This document shows positions 8,087-17,599 of a stretch of 47,555 nt of DNA, piece after piece. The notes under the pieces are model-generated. The model had not been told where the DNA came from. It made no database searches and worked only from the letters and a program-made list of their open reading frames with translations. Position numbers and translations under genes: made by a program. The stretch comes from an uncultured Bacillota bacterium (GTDB taxonomy: Bacteria > Bacillota > Clostridia > Peptostreptococcales > Anaerovoracaceae): NCBI GenBank assembly GCA_946546075.1, contig CAMNNV010000001.1, positions 1 through 47,555 of the forward strand, given 5' to 3'. Positions within the stretch are counted from its first letter, which is position 1, and each line of letters starts with the position of its first letter.

Positions 8087-8125
8087 TATGAATATTTATG
8101 CAGAAAACATGCATAAAAATGAGAA
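8087..8125. promoter_or_regulatory. Tandem ARG boxes (ArgR/AhrC operator) upstream of argG
   Basis: TATGAATATTTATGCAGA, a 3-bp spacer, then CATGCATAAAAATGAGAA: two 18-bp boxes in the classic spacing. A third similar box lies at 8198-8215, and the argG promoter TTGAAT-N16-TATAAT is on the minus strand at 8137-8164. Confidence 0.7.
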
Positions 8126-8263
8126 ATTCTTAATTCATTATACATTAGATATGCATAAATTCAAGTGTTTGCAGGCAAAAAAAATAAAAATGATATGCAT
8201 GCATAAAAATAACAAGACTTTGACACTAAAGTATTGTAGAATATATTTGTACAAGGAGGCGTT

Positions 8264-9622
8264 ATGAAGATCAGATTAGACGAAAACAATTTAAAATGGG
8301 GTCTGACAGCATTTCTGGTCATCATTGCATCGATGCTGGTATTTTTCTGTCTTCTCAGACTGGAATCTACCAAGGCCAGCTTCACGACCCTTAGAGGGAT
8401 CCTGTCTCCATTCGTATGGGGATTTGTTATCGCATACCTCTTGTGTCCGATATACAACGGTGTCGTTCGCAGAGTCTATAAACTTTTCAACAAGGGGAAA
8501 CGCAATTACAAAAAAGACCTCTTCATGTCGAAGCTGGCGGGGACTGTCGTGTCTCTTGCCGTGCTCTTTATCGTCATCCTGGGCGTTTCCTGGATGATCA
8601 TCCCGGGACTCTATGACAGTATCGTGAACATCGTGGATCAGCTTCCTGCACTGAGGGAGATCATGCTTACGTGGATCGATAACAAACTCAGCAAGTTCCC
8701 GATTGCAGAGAGCAAGATCACGCAGTACATAAACGATAGTACAGACAACCTGATCAAATACGCTACCGAATACTTCCTGCCGCATTATACGACCATCGCA
8801 ACAGGGATATCCTCCGGTATCATAGGAGCTGTCAACCTTGTGAAGAACATACTGATCGGCATAATCGTAAGTGTGTACTTCCTCAACAGCAAGGACATCT
8901 TCGCAGGTCAGATCAAGAAGGGACTCTTCGCACTCTTCAAAGAAAAGACGGCAAACAGCATCCTGGATTTCGGAAGATACACGAACAAGTCCTTCGGCGG
9001 TTTCATCAGCGGCAAGCTCATCGATTCAGCCATCATCGGACTGATCTGCTTCATATGCATGACCGTCTTCGGATGGGAATACAGCCTGCTGATCAGCTGC
9101 ATCATCGGGATCACGAACGTTATCCCGTTCTTCGGACCGTTCATCGGAGCGATCCCGTCGGCTCTTCTGCTGCTTCTCGTATCACCTTGGCACGCACTGT
9201 ACTTTGTGATATTCGTCGTATTGCTGCAGCAGTTTGACGGCAACATCCTCGGACCTAAGATCCTGGGAGACAGCACGGGACTTGCCAGCTTCTGGGTACT
9301 CTTTGCAGTACTTGTGGGCGGCGGACTCTTCGGAGTCGTGGGAATGGTCATCGCCATCCCTGTATTCGCTGTCATCTTCTACTATGCAACGAACTACGTC
9401 AACAGAAGGCTGGAGGAGAAGGGATTCTCATCCTCACTTGTGGATTACAAGATCGATTCCTACAGGACGGTAGACAGAGCGCCTGTGGAGAGACGCGGCT
9501 TAGCCAAGCTGGTATCAAAACAGAGAAAAGCCAATAAGATCAAGAAGGTAAACAAAGAAAGACAGGAAAAACATGCCGTAAGGGCACAGAAGACAAAGGA
9601 ACAGAATACGAATCATGAATAA
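8264..9622 (+). CDS. AI-2E (PerM) family transporter
   Basis: PFVWGFVIAYLLCP, GKLIDSAIIG, NVIPFFGPFIGAIP, QQFDGNILGPKILG; multiple TM helices. Confidence 0.9.
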   Translation: MKIRLDENNLKWGLTAFLVIIASMLVFFCLLRLESTKASFTTLRGILSPFVWGFVIAYLLCPIYNGVVRRVYKLFNKGKRNYKKDLFMSKLAGTVVSLAVLFIVILGVSWMIIPGLYDSIVNIVDQLPALREIMLTWIDNKLSKFPIAESKITQYINDSTDNLIKYATEYFLPHYTTIATGISSGIIGAVNLVKNILIGIIVSVYFLNSKDIFAGQIKKGLFALFKEKTANSILDFGRYTNKSFGGFISGKLIDSAIIGLICFICMTVFGWEYSLLISCIIGITNVIPFFGPFIGAIPSALLLLLVSPWHALYFVIFVVLLQQFDGNILGPKILGDSTGLASFWVLFAVLVGGGLFGVVGMVIAIPVFAVIFYYATNYVNRRLEEKGFSSSLVDYKIDSYRTVDRAPVERRGLAKLVSKQRKANKIKKVNKERQEKHAVRAQKTKEQNTNHE

Positions 9623-10523
9623 CGAGATAATAAATAGATTGACCGATATAACCAGGCAGGAAAACATCATTTGCGATGCTGACATGGCAGAGTACACTTC
9701 TTTTCGGGCAGGAGGAAAAGCAGCCGTGCTGGTACAGCCGGGATCTGCGGAGGAACTCAGAGAGATCCTGAGACTTCTCAACGCTGAAGACGTGCCGCAT
9801 TTTGTCCTTGGCAACGGGACGAATGTACTCTTTAAGGACAGTGGATACGACGGAGTCGTCGTGAGGATAGGCAAAGCGTTCGAGGGTGTGGACATCGAGG
9901 GGGATGTTCTCAGATGCGGCAGTGGCACGCTGCTTTCTGTCGTAGCAAGAGAAGCTCTCGCAGCAGGCCTGACAGGTTTTGAATTTGCATCAGGCATTCC
10001 GGGATCTGTCGGTGGTGCAGTCTTCATGAATGCCGGAGCATATGGCGGAGAATTGAAGGATGTCCTTGTCAGCGCACGTGTCATATCTGCAGATGGATCC
10101 GAGGACAGGATCATCCCGGCCGGGGATCTTGATCTGGGATACAGACACAGCATCCTGCAGGAAACCGGGGATATCGTAGTTGAGGCGGAAATAAGACTCT
10201 CTGAGGGAGATAAGGTTAAAATCAAAGAAACGATGGCCGAGCTGACACTGAAGCGAAACCAGAAGCAGCCTGTCCAGTATCCAAGTGCCGGGAGCACATT
10301 CAAAAGACCGGAAGGTCACTTCGCCGGCAAGCTCATACAGGATGCGGGTCTCAAGGGGCTCACGGTAGGCGGCGCACAGGTTTCGGAACTCCACAGCGGG
10401 TTCATAATCAACAAAGGCGGTGCAACTGCATCAGACATTTTGGAGCTCATGGACATCGTTAGAGCGAAAGTACTGAATGACTTTGATGTAGAACTTGAAC
10501 CGGAGGTACGCATAATTGGATAA
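9615..10523 (+). CDS. murB: UDP-N-acetylenolpyruvoylglucosamine reductase
   Basis: TSFRAGG, LGNGTNVL, GIPGSVGGAVFMNAGAYG, QP..YPSAGSTFKRP, LEPEV. Confidence 0.96.
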   Translation: MNNEIINRLTDITRQENIICDADMAEYTSFRAGGKAAVLVQPGSAEELREILRLLNAEDVPHFVLGNGTNVLFKDSGYDGVVVRIGKAFEGVDIEGDVLRCGSGTLLSVVAREALAAGLTGFEFASGIPGSVGGAVFMNAGAYGGELKDVLVSARVISADGSEDRIIPAGDLDLGYRHSILQETGDIVVEAEIRLSEGDKVKIKETMAELTLKRNQKQPVQYPSAGSTFKRPEGHFAGKLIQDAGLKGLTVGGAQVSELHSGFIINKGGATASDILELMDIVRAKVLNDFDVELEPEVRIIG

Positions 10524-11277
10524 GAACACCATCGAGAGCATCGTAGACAGGTACAGACTTGTCTACGATTTGCATACGCACACACCTTATTCCCACGGCA
10601 AAGGCACCGTGGAAGACAACACAAGAGAGGCATTCAACAAGGGCCTCATGTATCTGGCCATCAGCGATCACGGGCCGGGACACCTGTTTTACGGAGTGGA
10701 CCGGGAAGACTTTGTGAACATGAGAAACGATATCGAGAAGATGAACGTGAAGTACCCGAAGATGAAGGTATATATGAGCGTTGAGGCCAACACCATCAAG
10801 AGCCCGCCGTATCTGGATGTCAGACCGGAAGAATTCGAAGAGTTCGATTTCGTGATAGCCGGATACCATTTCGGAGTGTGGGACGGCAACATGATCAGAA
10901 ACTGGCTGTGGAACAAAGGCATCAAGATCGGTGAGAAATCACTGAAACGTTCCAATACGGAGATGATCATAAACTGCCTGAGAAATAACAATATAGCGAT
11001 CCTGACACATCCGGGAGACAAGGGTCCATTTGATCTTGAGGAGATCGCAAAGGTCTGTGTAGAGACGGATACACTGATGGAGATCAACACCTGGCACGGG
11101 CACCTCACAGAGGAGGAGCTGAAGCTGGTGGCACAGAATCCGGATGTGAAATTCATAATCAGCAGTGACGCGCATACACCGAACCGAGTCGGTGATTTCA
11201 AAGAGGGCGTCAGAAGGGCGATCCGGGCAGGAGTCGATCTTAGCCGTATCGTCAATATTAAAGAGGTGGAAGAATAA
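10516..11277 (+). CDS. PHP-domain phosphoesterase (YcdX-like)
   Basis: DLHTHT.YSHG, ISDHG, HPG, EIN, SSDAH; TTG start with a GGAGG SD. Confidence 0.85.
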   Translation: MDKNTIESIVDRYRLVYDLHTHTPYSHGKGTVEDNTREAFNKGLMYLAISDHGPGHLFYGVDREDFVNMRNDIEKMNVKYPKMKVYMSVEANTIKSPPYLDVRPEEFEEFDFVIAGYHFGVWDGNMIRNWLWNKGIKIGEKSLKRSNTEMIINCLRNNNIAILTHPGDKGPFDLEEIAKVCVETDTLMEINTWHGHLTEEELKLVAQNPDVKFIISSDAHTPNRVGDFKEGVRRAIRAGVDLSRIVNIKEVEE

Positions 11278-12128
11278 TGAAAGTCCTCATAGTAACGGGG
11301 TTGTCCGGTGCAGGGAAATCCTCTGCGATAGACTGTCTTGAAGACATGGGATACTACTGTATAGAGAATATCCCGCCGGCACTCGTAAGAAGCTTCATAA
11401 ATCTTGGAGGTACAGGAAACGGCATAGAGAGAGCTGCGTTCACAGTCGATGTGAGAGGCGGCGAACTCTTCGCCGATCTTTCTGATGTCTTAAGAGAGAT
11501 GAGAGGCGAGGGGATCGAATACAGGATCCTCTATCTCGAGGCCTCTGACAGGACACTGATCAGAAGATACAGCGAGACGAGAAGGACGCACCCAATGGCG
11601 GACGGTGGCTCGGCCATCACCGGCATCAGGCGGGAACGCGAGATGATGGAAATGCTCAGACAGGACGCAGACTACGTCATCGATACATCGAACCTCAAAA
11701 CGGCACAGCTTTGGGCGGAGATCAAGCATCTCTTCGAAGGAGATCACACCGAAAAAAGCTTCATGATCAACATCATGTCCTTCGGCTACAAGAAGGGTAT
11801 CCCGGTAGCAGGAGAGCTGGTATTCGACATGAGGTTCATCCCGAACCCTTACTATGTGAAGTCCCTCAGGAATCTGACGGGCAACAATAAGAAGATACAG
11901 AACTTCGTCCTGAAGCATCAGGTCACTCAGGACTTCCTGGAGAAGGCCATGGATATGATCGAGATGCTGATCCCTTACTATATGAAAGAGGGCAAGTACA
12001 ACCTGACCGTTTGTATAGGATGTACCGGCGGCCATCACAGGTCTGTAGCAGTAGCCAATGAACTGAACAGACGTCTTGAGGAGAAGGGAAGAAGGACCAC
12101 ATTGGAGCACAGGGACCTGGGTAAATAG
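11277..12128 (+). CDS. rapZ: RNase adapter / P-loop protein RapZ (YvcJ)
   Basis: TGLSGAGKS, DVRGG, RRYSETRRTHP, SFGYKKG, GCTGGHHRSV. Confidence 0.93.
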   Translation: MKVLIVTGLSGAGKSSAIDCLEDMGYYCIENIPPALVRSFINLGGTGNGIERAAFTVDVRGGELFADLSDVLREMRGEGIEYRILYLEASDRTLIRRYSETRRTHPMADGGSAITGIRREREMMEMLRQDADYVIDTSNLKTAQLWAEIKHLFEGDHTEKSFMINIMSFGYKKGIPVAGELVFDMRFIPNPYYVKSLRNLTGNNKKIQNFVLKHQVTQDFLEKAMDMIEMLIPYYMKEGKYNLTVCIGCTGGHHRSVAVANELNRRLEEKGRRTTLEHRDLGK

Positions 12129-12136
12129 GAGAGCAT

Positions 12137-13096
12137 ATGTCATTTGCTGCAGAAACGAAAAACGAGCTGGCGAGGATCATCCCCGAAAAGAAGTGCTGCC
12201 AGCTTGCAGATATAGCAGGATTCATGAGGATCGCCGGGAGCATAGGCCTTGCAGGCAAGGGTATGTTCAGTTTCAGCATGTCCACACCGAATCTTGCGGT
12301 GGTAAGACATTATAAGCAGCTGCTCAAGGAATATTTCGGCGTCGATGTCAGCATCGGCAAAGGTTCCCAGAGCATGGTGGGCTCCGGCAGAGGAAGCCTG
12401 TATACCATAAGCCTGGAAGCGGACGAGATGACACAGCAGATCCTCCGTGAGGTCGGTATCCTCATGGTGCGCGAGGGCATGAACTCCTTCAGCGATGAGA
12501 TCTATAACGGCATCATCAAGACGAAGTGCTGCCGCAAGTCGTTCCTGCGCGGAGCATTCCTCGCGGGAGGTACGGTCAGCAACCCGGAGAAAGGGTATCA
12601 TTTCGAGATCGACACCAGCTCGGAGCACATCGCCAGAGACATAAGAAGGATCTGCAACACCTTCACAGACATCAGTGCAAAGGTGGTGCAGCGCAAGAGA
12701 GGATACGGCGTGTACCTCAAAGCGCGGGAGCAGGTCAGAGACATGATCGCCATCATGGGAGCATCGAGCCAGTTCTTCGAGTTCGACAACGTCATCATGA
12801 TGAAGGACATCATTTCCCAGACGAGAAGAGAGAACAATTTCGATAATGCGAACATCGATAAGACTTTGAGGACGGCGGAGCATCAGATCGCATGCATCAA
12901 AAAGATCGAAGAAGCCCGCGGCCTCGAATCGCTTTCGCCGAAGCTTCAGGAAGCGGCCAGAGCCAGACTGGAGCACCCGGAACTGGATATCAAAGAACTG
13001 GGATCGATCATGGATCCGCCTCTGAGCAAATCAGGGATCAATAACAGGCTCAGACGCATAACGGATATCGCAGAGAGCCTCAAAGGAGAAAAATAA
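12137..13096 (+). CDS. whiA: DNA-binding protein WhiA
   Basis: MSFAAETKNEL, FLRGAFLAGGTVSNPEKGYHFE, NFDNANIDKT, SKSGINNRLRR. Confidence 0.93.
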   Translation: MSFAAETKNELARIIPEKKCCQLADIAGFMRIAGSIGLAGKGMFSFSMSTPNLAVVRHYKQLLKEYFGVDVSIGKGSQSMVGSGRGSLYTISLEADEMTQQILREVGILMVREGMNSFSDEIYNGIIKTKCCRKSFLRGAFLAGGTVSNPEKGYHFEIDTSSEHIARDIRRICNTFTDISAKVVQRKRGYGVYLKAREQVRDMIAIMGASSQFFEFDNVIMMKDIISQTRRENNFDNANIDKTLRTAEHQIACIKKIEEARGLESLSPKLQEAARARLEHPELDIKELGSIMDPPLSKSGINNRLRRITDIAESLKGEK

Positions 13097-13515
13097 TGGG
13101 AGAATTCAAAACGACGTGGAGAGTCCAGTACTATGAAACGGACAGGATGCAGATCGTGCACCACTCCAACTATATCCGGTATTTTGAAACAGCCAGGACG
13201 GAGATGATCCGAAGCTGGGGATACGCATACTCGGATATGGAGATGGCCGGTATATGGCTTCCGGTCCTGAGCGTAGAGGCTAAGTACAAGACACCTGCCG
13301 TCTACGATGAGCTGCTTCTTCTCAAATGCTGGACGAAGGGCCTGCGGGGTGCAAGCCTTGAGCTGGCATATGAAGTGAGCAATTACGAGACAGGTGAAGT
13401 ACACGTCACGGGCACCAGCAGGCATGGTTTCACCAATGCAGATCTGAAACCGATACGTCTCAAGAAGGAAGTGCCTGAGATCTACGAGCTTTTCGAAGGA
13501 GCAATGAAGAAATAA
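13096..13515 (+). CDS. YbgC/FadM family acyl-CoA thioesterase
   Basis: RVQYYETDRMQIVHHSNYIRYFETAR hot-dog thioesterase motif. Confidence 0.88.
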   Translation: MGEFKTTWRVQYYETDRMQIVHHSNYIRYFETARTEMIRSWGYAYSDMEMAGIWLPVLSVEAKYKTPAVYDELLLLKCWTKGLRGASLELAYEVSNYETGEVHVTGTSRHGFTNADLKPIRLKKEVPEIYELFEGAMKK

Positions 13516-15011
13516 TGGAAAAAGGGCAGATCGTAAATTTAAAGATAGACGACATCAGCAATGAAGGACAGGGAATCGGCCGCACCGAAGGTGTGGTTGT
13601 TTTCGTTCCGGGAGCAGTTCCGGGAGACCTGGTATCAGCAGAGATCACGAAGGTCAAAAAGAATTACTGCTTCAGCAGGCTGGTGAGCATCGATGAGCCG
13701 TCAGAAGACAGGATCGCAGAGGAAGAAGAGTTGTTCCCTTGCGACGGTCTGGCAAAGGGCTGCGGCGGATGCCCTCTGGGTGCGCTGCGGTATGAAGCCC
13801 AGCTGAGGCTCAAAGAGCGACAGATCAAAGATAAGATCGCGCGCCTGGGGAAAGTACGTGACCCCTTTGTGCGTCCGATCATCGGCATGGAGGAAGAGGA
13901 TAACGATGGCCTCGGAGAGTACCGCTACCGCAACAAGGCGCAGTTCCCTGTAAGCACAGGGGGGATCATCACACGCAAAGGCGGCGTGGTGGAGAATCTG
14001 GGAGAGCCGGCAGTGGGCTTTTATCGGCCGAAGAGCCACCATGTGGTGGACTGTCCGGACTGCCTGATCCAGTCGGGAGCTGCCATGGCTGCGGCCCAGG
14101 CCCTCCGCGAGTTCATGGCGGAGGACAATATCACGGCCTGGGATCCAAAATGGGAGAAGGGCCTGCTTCGCCATCTGATCGTGAAGACCGGTTTTACCAC
14201 AGGAGAAGTCATGGTGATCCTCGTGATCAACGGCAAGGGCATCCCGAACGCGCAGAAGCTGGTGGAGATGCTGGACGATGCCATCTATGAAGCGGGGTAC
14301 TCCCTGGAGAGCGTGGCCGTCAACATCAATAAGGATCCGAAGAGCAGCGAGATCATGGGAGATGACACGAAGGTCATCGCCGGAAGCCCGGTGATAAGAG
14401 ATGTGATAGGGGGGCTCACCTTTGAAATCTCACCGGCAAGCTTTTATCAGGTGAACCCTGTGCAGACAGGAAGACTTTACGGGAAGGTGAGAGAGTACTG
14501 CGGCTTCGAAGATTACGATCAGCCTCCTGCCATACTGGATCTTTACTGCGGCGTGGGGACCATCGGACTGAGCTGTGCCGACAAAGCAGAGGCTGTAGTG
14601 GGCATCGAGATCGTAAAGGATGCGGTGATCAACGCCAACCGAAATGCCGTGATCAACAACATCGTAAATGCCAGATATATATGCGGTAAGGCAGAGGAAG
14701 TGCTGACCGAGTACGTGAGCGGAGAGGGCAAGGACGAGCAGCTGGCAGGCTGGATCAGCGATGCGAAGATCGCCATCCTGGATCCTCCGAGAGCCGGAGT
14801 CAGAGAAGAACTTCTCGATGCAATAACAGAAACATCTGTGGACCGGATCGTGTACGTTTCCTGCGATCCTGCCACCATGGCAAGGGACATCGCAAGGCTG
14901 GAGAAAAAAGGCTTCACATTCATCGAAGCCACTCCGGTGGACATGTTCCCATGGACAGGAGCAGTCGAGTGCTGCAGCCTCTTAGTGAAGGCAAGCGGCA
15001 GCGAAGCCTGA
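13515..15011 (+). CDS. rlmD: 23S rRNA m5U methyltransferase, RlmD/RumA family
   Basis: N-terminal TRAM domain, CGGC, YRNKAQFP, SFYQVN, DLYCGVGTIG, LDPPRAG, YVSCDPAT, VDMFP. Confidence 0.92.
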   Translation: MEKGQIVNLKIDDISNEGQGIGRTEGVVVFVPGAVPGDLVSAEITKVKKNYCFSRLVSIDEPSEDRIAEEEELFPCDGLAKGCGGCPLGALRYEAQLRLKERQIKDKIARLGKVRDPFVRPIIGMEEEDNDGLGEYRYRNKAQFPVSTGGIITRKGGVVENLGEPAVGFYRPKSHHVVDCPDCLIQSGAAMAAAQALREFMAEDNITAWDPKWEKGLLRHLIVKTGFTTGEVMVILVINGKGIPNAQKLVEMLDDAIYEAGYSLESVAVNINKDPKSSEIMGDDTKVIAGSPVIRDVIGGLTFEISPASFYQVNPVQTGRLYGKVREYCGFEDYDQPPAILDLYCGVGTIGLSCADKAEAVVGIEIVKDAVINANRNAVINNIVNARYICGKAEEVLTEYVSGEGKDEQLAGWISDAKIAILDPPRAGVREELLDAITETSVDRIVYVSCDPATMARDIARLEKKGFTFIEATPVDMFPWTGAVECCSLLVKASGSEA

Positions 15012-15036
15012 GCTTAGAGATTAGAGGTGATTCGAA

Positions 15037-16242
15037 ATAGATAAGGAGATAAACAATAAACAAAACGAAGATTCGGGCAGGAGCACCGGCACGGCGCTGT
15101 GGAGCATCAGCTTCATACTGATCCTGATCATCACGTTCCTTGGAAATATCAACGGTAACGGGATGCATAACGGCGTTGCGCTGGTAGTAGAAAAGGAAGG
15201 CCTTCCGGCATCTCTGTCGGGGACCATCATACTGGCTTTTTCCCTTGCTGCGCTGGCTGCTCGTTTTCCTGCGGGATCCTGCACGGACCGATACGGCAGC
15301 AAGCCGGTGATCATAGCAGGGTGCATCGCTGCTGTGGCGGGGACGACTTTTGGAGCTTTCGGAGGAAGTATACTGTTCCTCTTCCCGTCGAGGATACTCA
15401 TGGGGATCGGGTTCTCCCTGATCGTGACAGCGGCGACGGCAGCCGTCGCAGACGTTATCCCTGCAAACAGGATGGGAGAAGGCATAGGATATCAGGGCCT
15501 TGCCTTTGCAGCGGCCTTTGCCTTGGGACCGATGATCGCGATCAAGGCGGCCGGGTATGGAAGATTGTTTCTGTTCCTGCTCTTCGGCCTTATGGGGATA
15601 CTCTGCATCGTTCTTACGATGCTGGTGCGGTTCAAGGCCCAAAAAGCAGAGGCCAAAGCAGCCGACAAACCGGCGCATAAGATCAGCCTCAGGGATTTCA
15701 TAGAGCCAAAGGTATTTCCGGCTGCGCTGATCACGCTTCTTCTGATGCTGGCCATGTCGTTTTACTTCTCCTTCATGTCCCTTTATGCACAGGTCAATGA
15801 CATATCCGGGATCAACCTGTTCTTCATCGCGGCAGCCGTGATGATGGTGAGCATCAGGATGAGCCTGGGAAGAGCATTCGACAGGAAACCTGCGAGACTA
15901 TTTCTGATACCGGGACTGCTTTGCGGTATGGCAGGGTTCATACTCCCGGCAGTCTTTGCGGCCACGTGGGCGCTGGTGGTATCCGGAGTCATGTACGGTA
16001 TTTTCTGCGGCATATGTCAGCCGCTGATGACTTTGGTTTGCATAAGGAATTCCGATGGCGGAAGAAATGGTGCTGCGATAGCAACTTACTATATAGGGTG
16101 TGATATCGGCGTAGCTTCCGGGTCATTCCTCTGGGGATGGGCAATCGACAGCCTTGGATTTTTTGCGGCATTCATGATGGCTGCATTCGTACTTTTTACG
16201 GATATCATACTTTCATTCTTTTTGATAAAATCACGGGGATAG
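15037..16242 (+). CDS. MFS transporter; apparent true start is ATA at 15037 (first in-frame ATG is 15163)
   Basis: MFS motif A-like GSCTDRYGSK, DVIPANRMGEGIGY and ~12 hydrophobic segments. TM1 (LWSISFILILIITFLG) is encoded upstream of ATG 15163 in the same open frame. Confidence 0.8.
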   Translation: MDKEINNKQNEDSGRSTGTALWSISFILILIITFLGNINGNGMHNGVALVVEKEGLPASLSGTIILAFSLAALAARFPAGSCTDRYGSKPVIIAGCIAAVAGTTFGAFGGSILFLFPSRILMGIGFSLIVTAATAAVADVIPANRMGEGIGYQGLAFAAAFALGPMIAIKAAGYGRLFLFLLFGLMGILCIVLTMLVRFKAQKAEAKAADKPAHKISLRDFIEPKVFPAALITLLLMLAMSFYFSFMSLYAQVNDISGINLFFIAAAVMMVSIRMSLGRAFDRKPARLFLIPGLLCGMAGFILPAVFAATWALVVSGVMYGIFCGICQPLMTLVCIRNSDGGRNGAAIATYYIGCDIGVASGSFLWGWAIDSLGFFAAFMMAAFVLFTDIILSFFLIKSRG

Positions 16243-16258
16243 GAGGACAAAGGAGCAT

Positions 16259-17599
16259 ATGAGAGAAATCAAGTGTCCTAACTGCGGAGAAGTTTTTCAG
16301 GTGGATGAGACCGGATATGCGCAGATCCTGAAACAGGTGCGCGACGAGGAATTCAATAAAGAGATCGAGCGCCGTGAAGCGGAGCTCGCCAGACAGAATA
16401 AGAGCGATATCGAACTGGTCAGGATGAAAGAGCAGCAGGATGCTGCGGACAAGCTGAGCGAGAAAGAGAACAAACTCAAGGACATGGATCGTGAGATCCA
16501 GAAGCTCAGGGCGGAGAACATCAGCCAGGCCGAACGGCTCGAAAACGAGAGACTGCGGGAAGTGGAGAAACTGAAGGCAGAAAAAGACAGGGAGATCCAG
16601 GAGCTGAAGGCGAAGCTCGCTGCCGGCGAGACGGAGAAACAGCTGGCGGTCAATGAGGCTGTCATGGAGAGCGAGAAGATGCTCGCAGAACGATCCAACG
16701 AGATCACCCAGCTCAAGGGTGAACTGACCAACAAGGATAATGAGATCCGGTTGAATGAGAAGTCCCTCAAGGATAAGTATGAGGAGAAGCTCAAACTCAA
16801 AGACGAGCAGATCGAGTATTACCGGGATTTCAAGGCGCGTCAGTCCACGAAGATGATCGGAGAGAGCTTGGAGCAGCACTGCCTCGATCAGTTCAATCAG
16901 ATCAGAGCGACCGCCTTCCCGAACGCATACTTTGAGAAGGACAACGATGCCAGGACGGGAAGCAAAGGCGACTTCATTTTCCGGGAGTCTTCGGAGGACG
17001 GAACGGAGTTCATCTCCATCATGTTCGAGATGAAAAATGAAGCGGACGAGACGGCAACGAAGCACAAGAACGAAGACTTTTTCAAGGAACTGGACAAGGA
17101 CAGAAGAGAAAAAGGCTGCGAGTATGCGGTGCTGGTATCCCTTCTGGAGATCGACAGCGAGTTCTATAATACGGGCATCGTAGATGTGTCCTACCGATAC
17201 GAGAAGATGTACGTGGTAAGACCACAGTTCTTCATACAGATGATCACCCTGCTGAGGAATGCTGCCATCAACTCTCTCAAATACAGGCGGGAACTTGAGA
17301 TCGTAAGGAACCAGCAGGTGGACATCATGAACTTCGAAGAAAACATGAATCAGTTCAAAGAGGGGTTCGCGAGAAATTACAGGTTAGCAAGCGAGAAATT
17401 CCAGAAGGCCATAGAGGAGATCGATAAGACCATCGACCACCTGGAGAAGACGAAGAAGGCACTTCTGTCATCAGAGAACAATCTGAGACTCGCTAACAAT
17501 AAAGCGGAGGACTTATCCATCAAGAAACTGACTAAAAATGCACCGACTGTAAAGGAGATGTTCGACGATCTAAAAAAACAGGAGGATCATAATGAGTAA
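16259..17599 (+). CDS. DUF2130 family coiled-coil protein
   Basis: IKCPNCGEVF N-terminus, long coiled coil, STKMIGESLEQHC, GSKGDFIFRE, IMFEMKNE. Confidence 0.85.
   Translation: MREIKCPNCGEVFQVDETGYAQILKQVRDEEFNKEIERREAELARQNKSDIELVRMKEQQDAADKLSEKENKLKDMDREIQKLRAENISQAERLENERLREVEKLKAEKDREIQELKAKLAAGETEKQLAVNEAVMESEKMLAERSNEITQLKGELTNKDNEIRLNEKSLKDKYEEKLKLKDEQIEYYRDFKARQSTKMIGESLEQHCLDQFNQIRATAFPNAYFEKDNDARTGSKGDFIFRESSEDGTEFISIMFEMKNEADETATKHKNEDFFKELDKDRREKGCEYAVLVSLLEIDSEFYNTGIVDVSYRYEKMYVVRPQFFIQMITLLRNAAINSLKYRRELEIVRNQQVDIMNFEENMNQFKEGFARNYRLASEKFQKAIEEIDKTIDHLEKTKKALLSSENNLRLANNKAEDLSIKKLTKNAPTVKEMFDDLKKQEDHNE

Noticed and set aside
14930-16242. Possible ICE or genomic island at the 3' end of rlmD, a known integration hotspot
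   Set aside because: No integrase/recombinase, att-like direct repeat or conjugation genes are visible. The downstream genes continue the same operon-like run.
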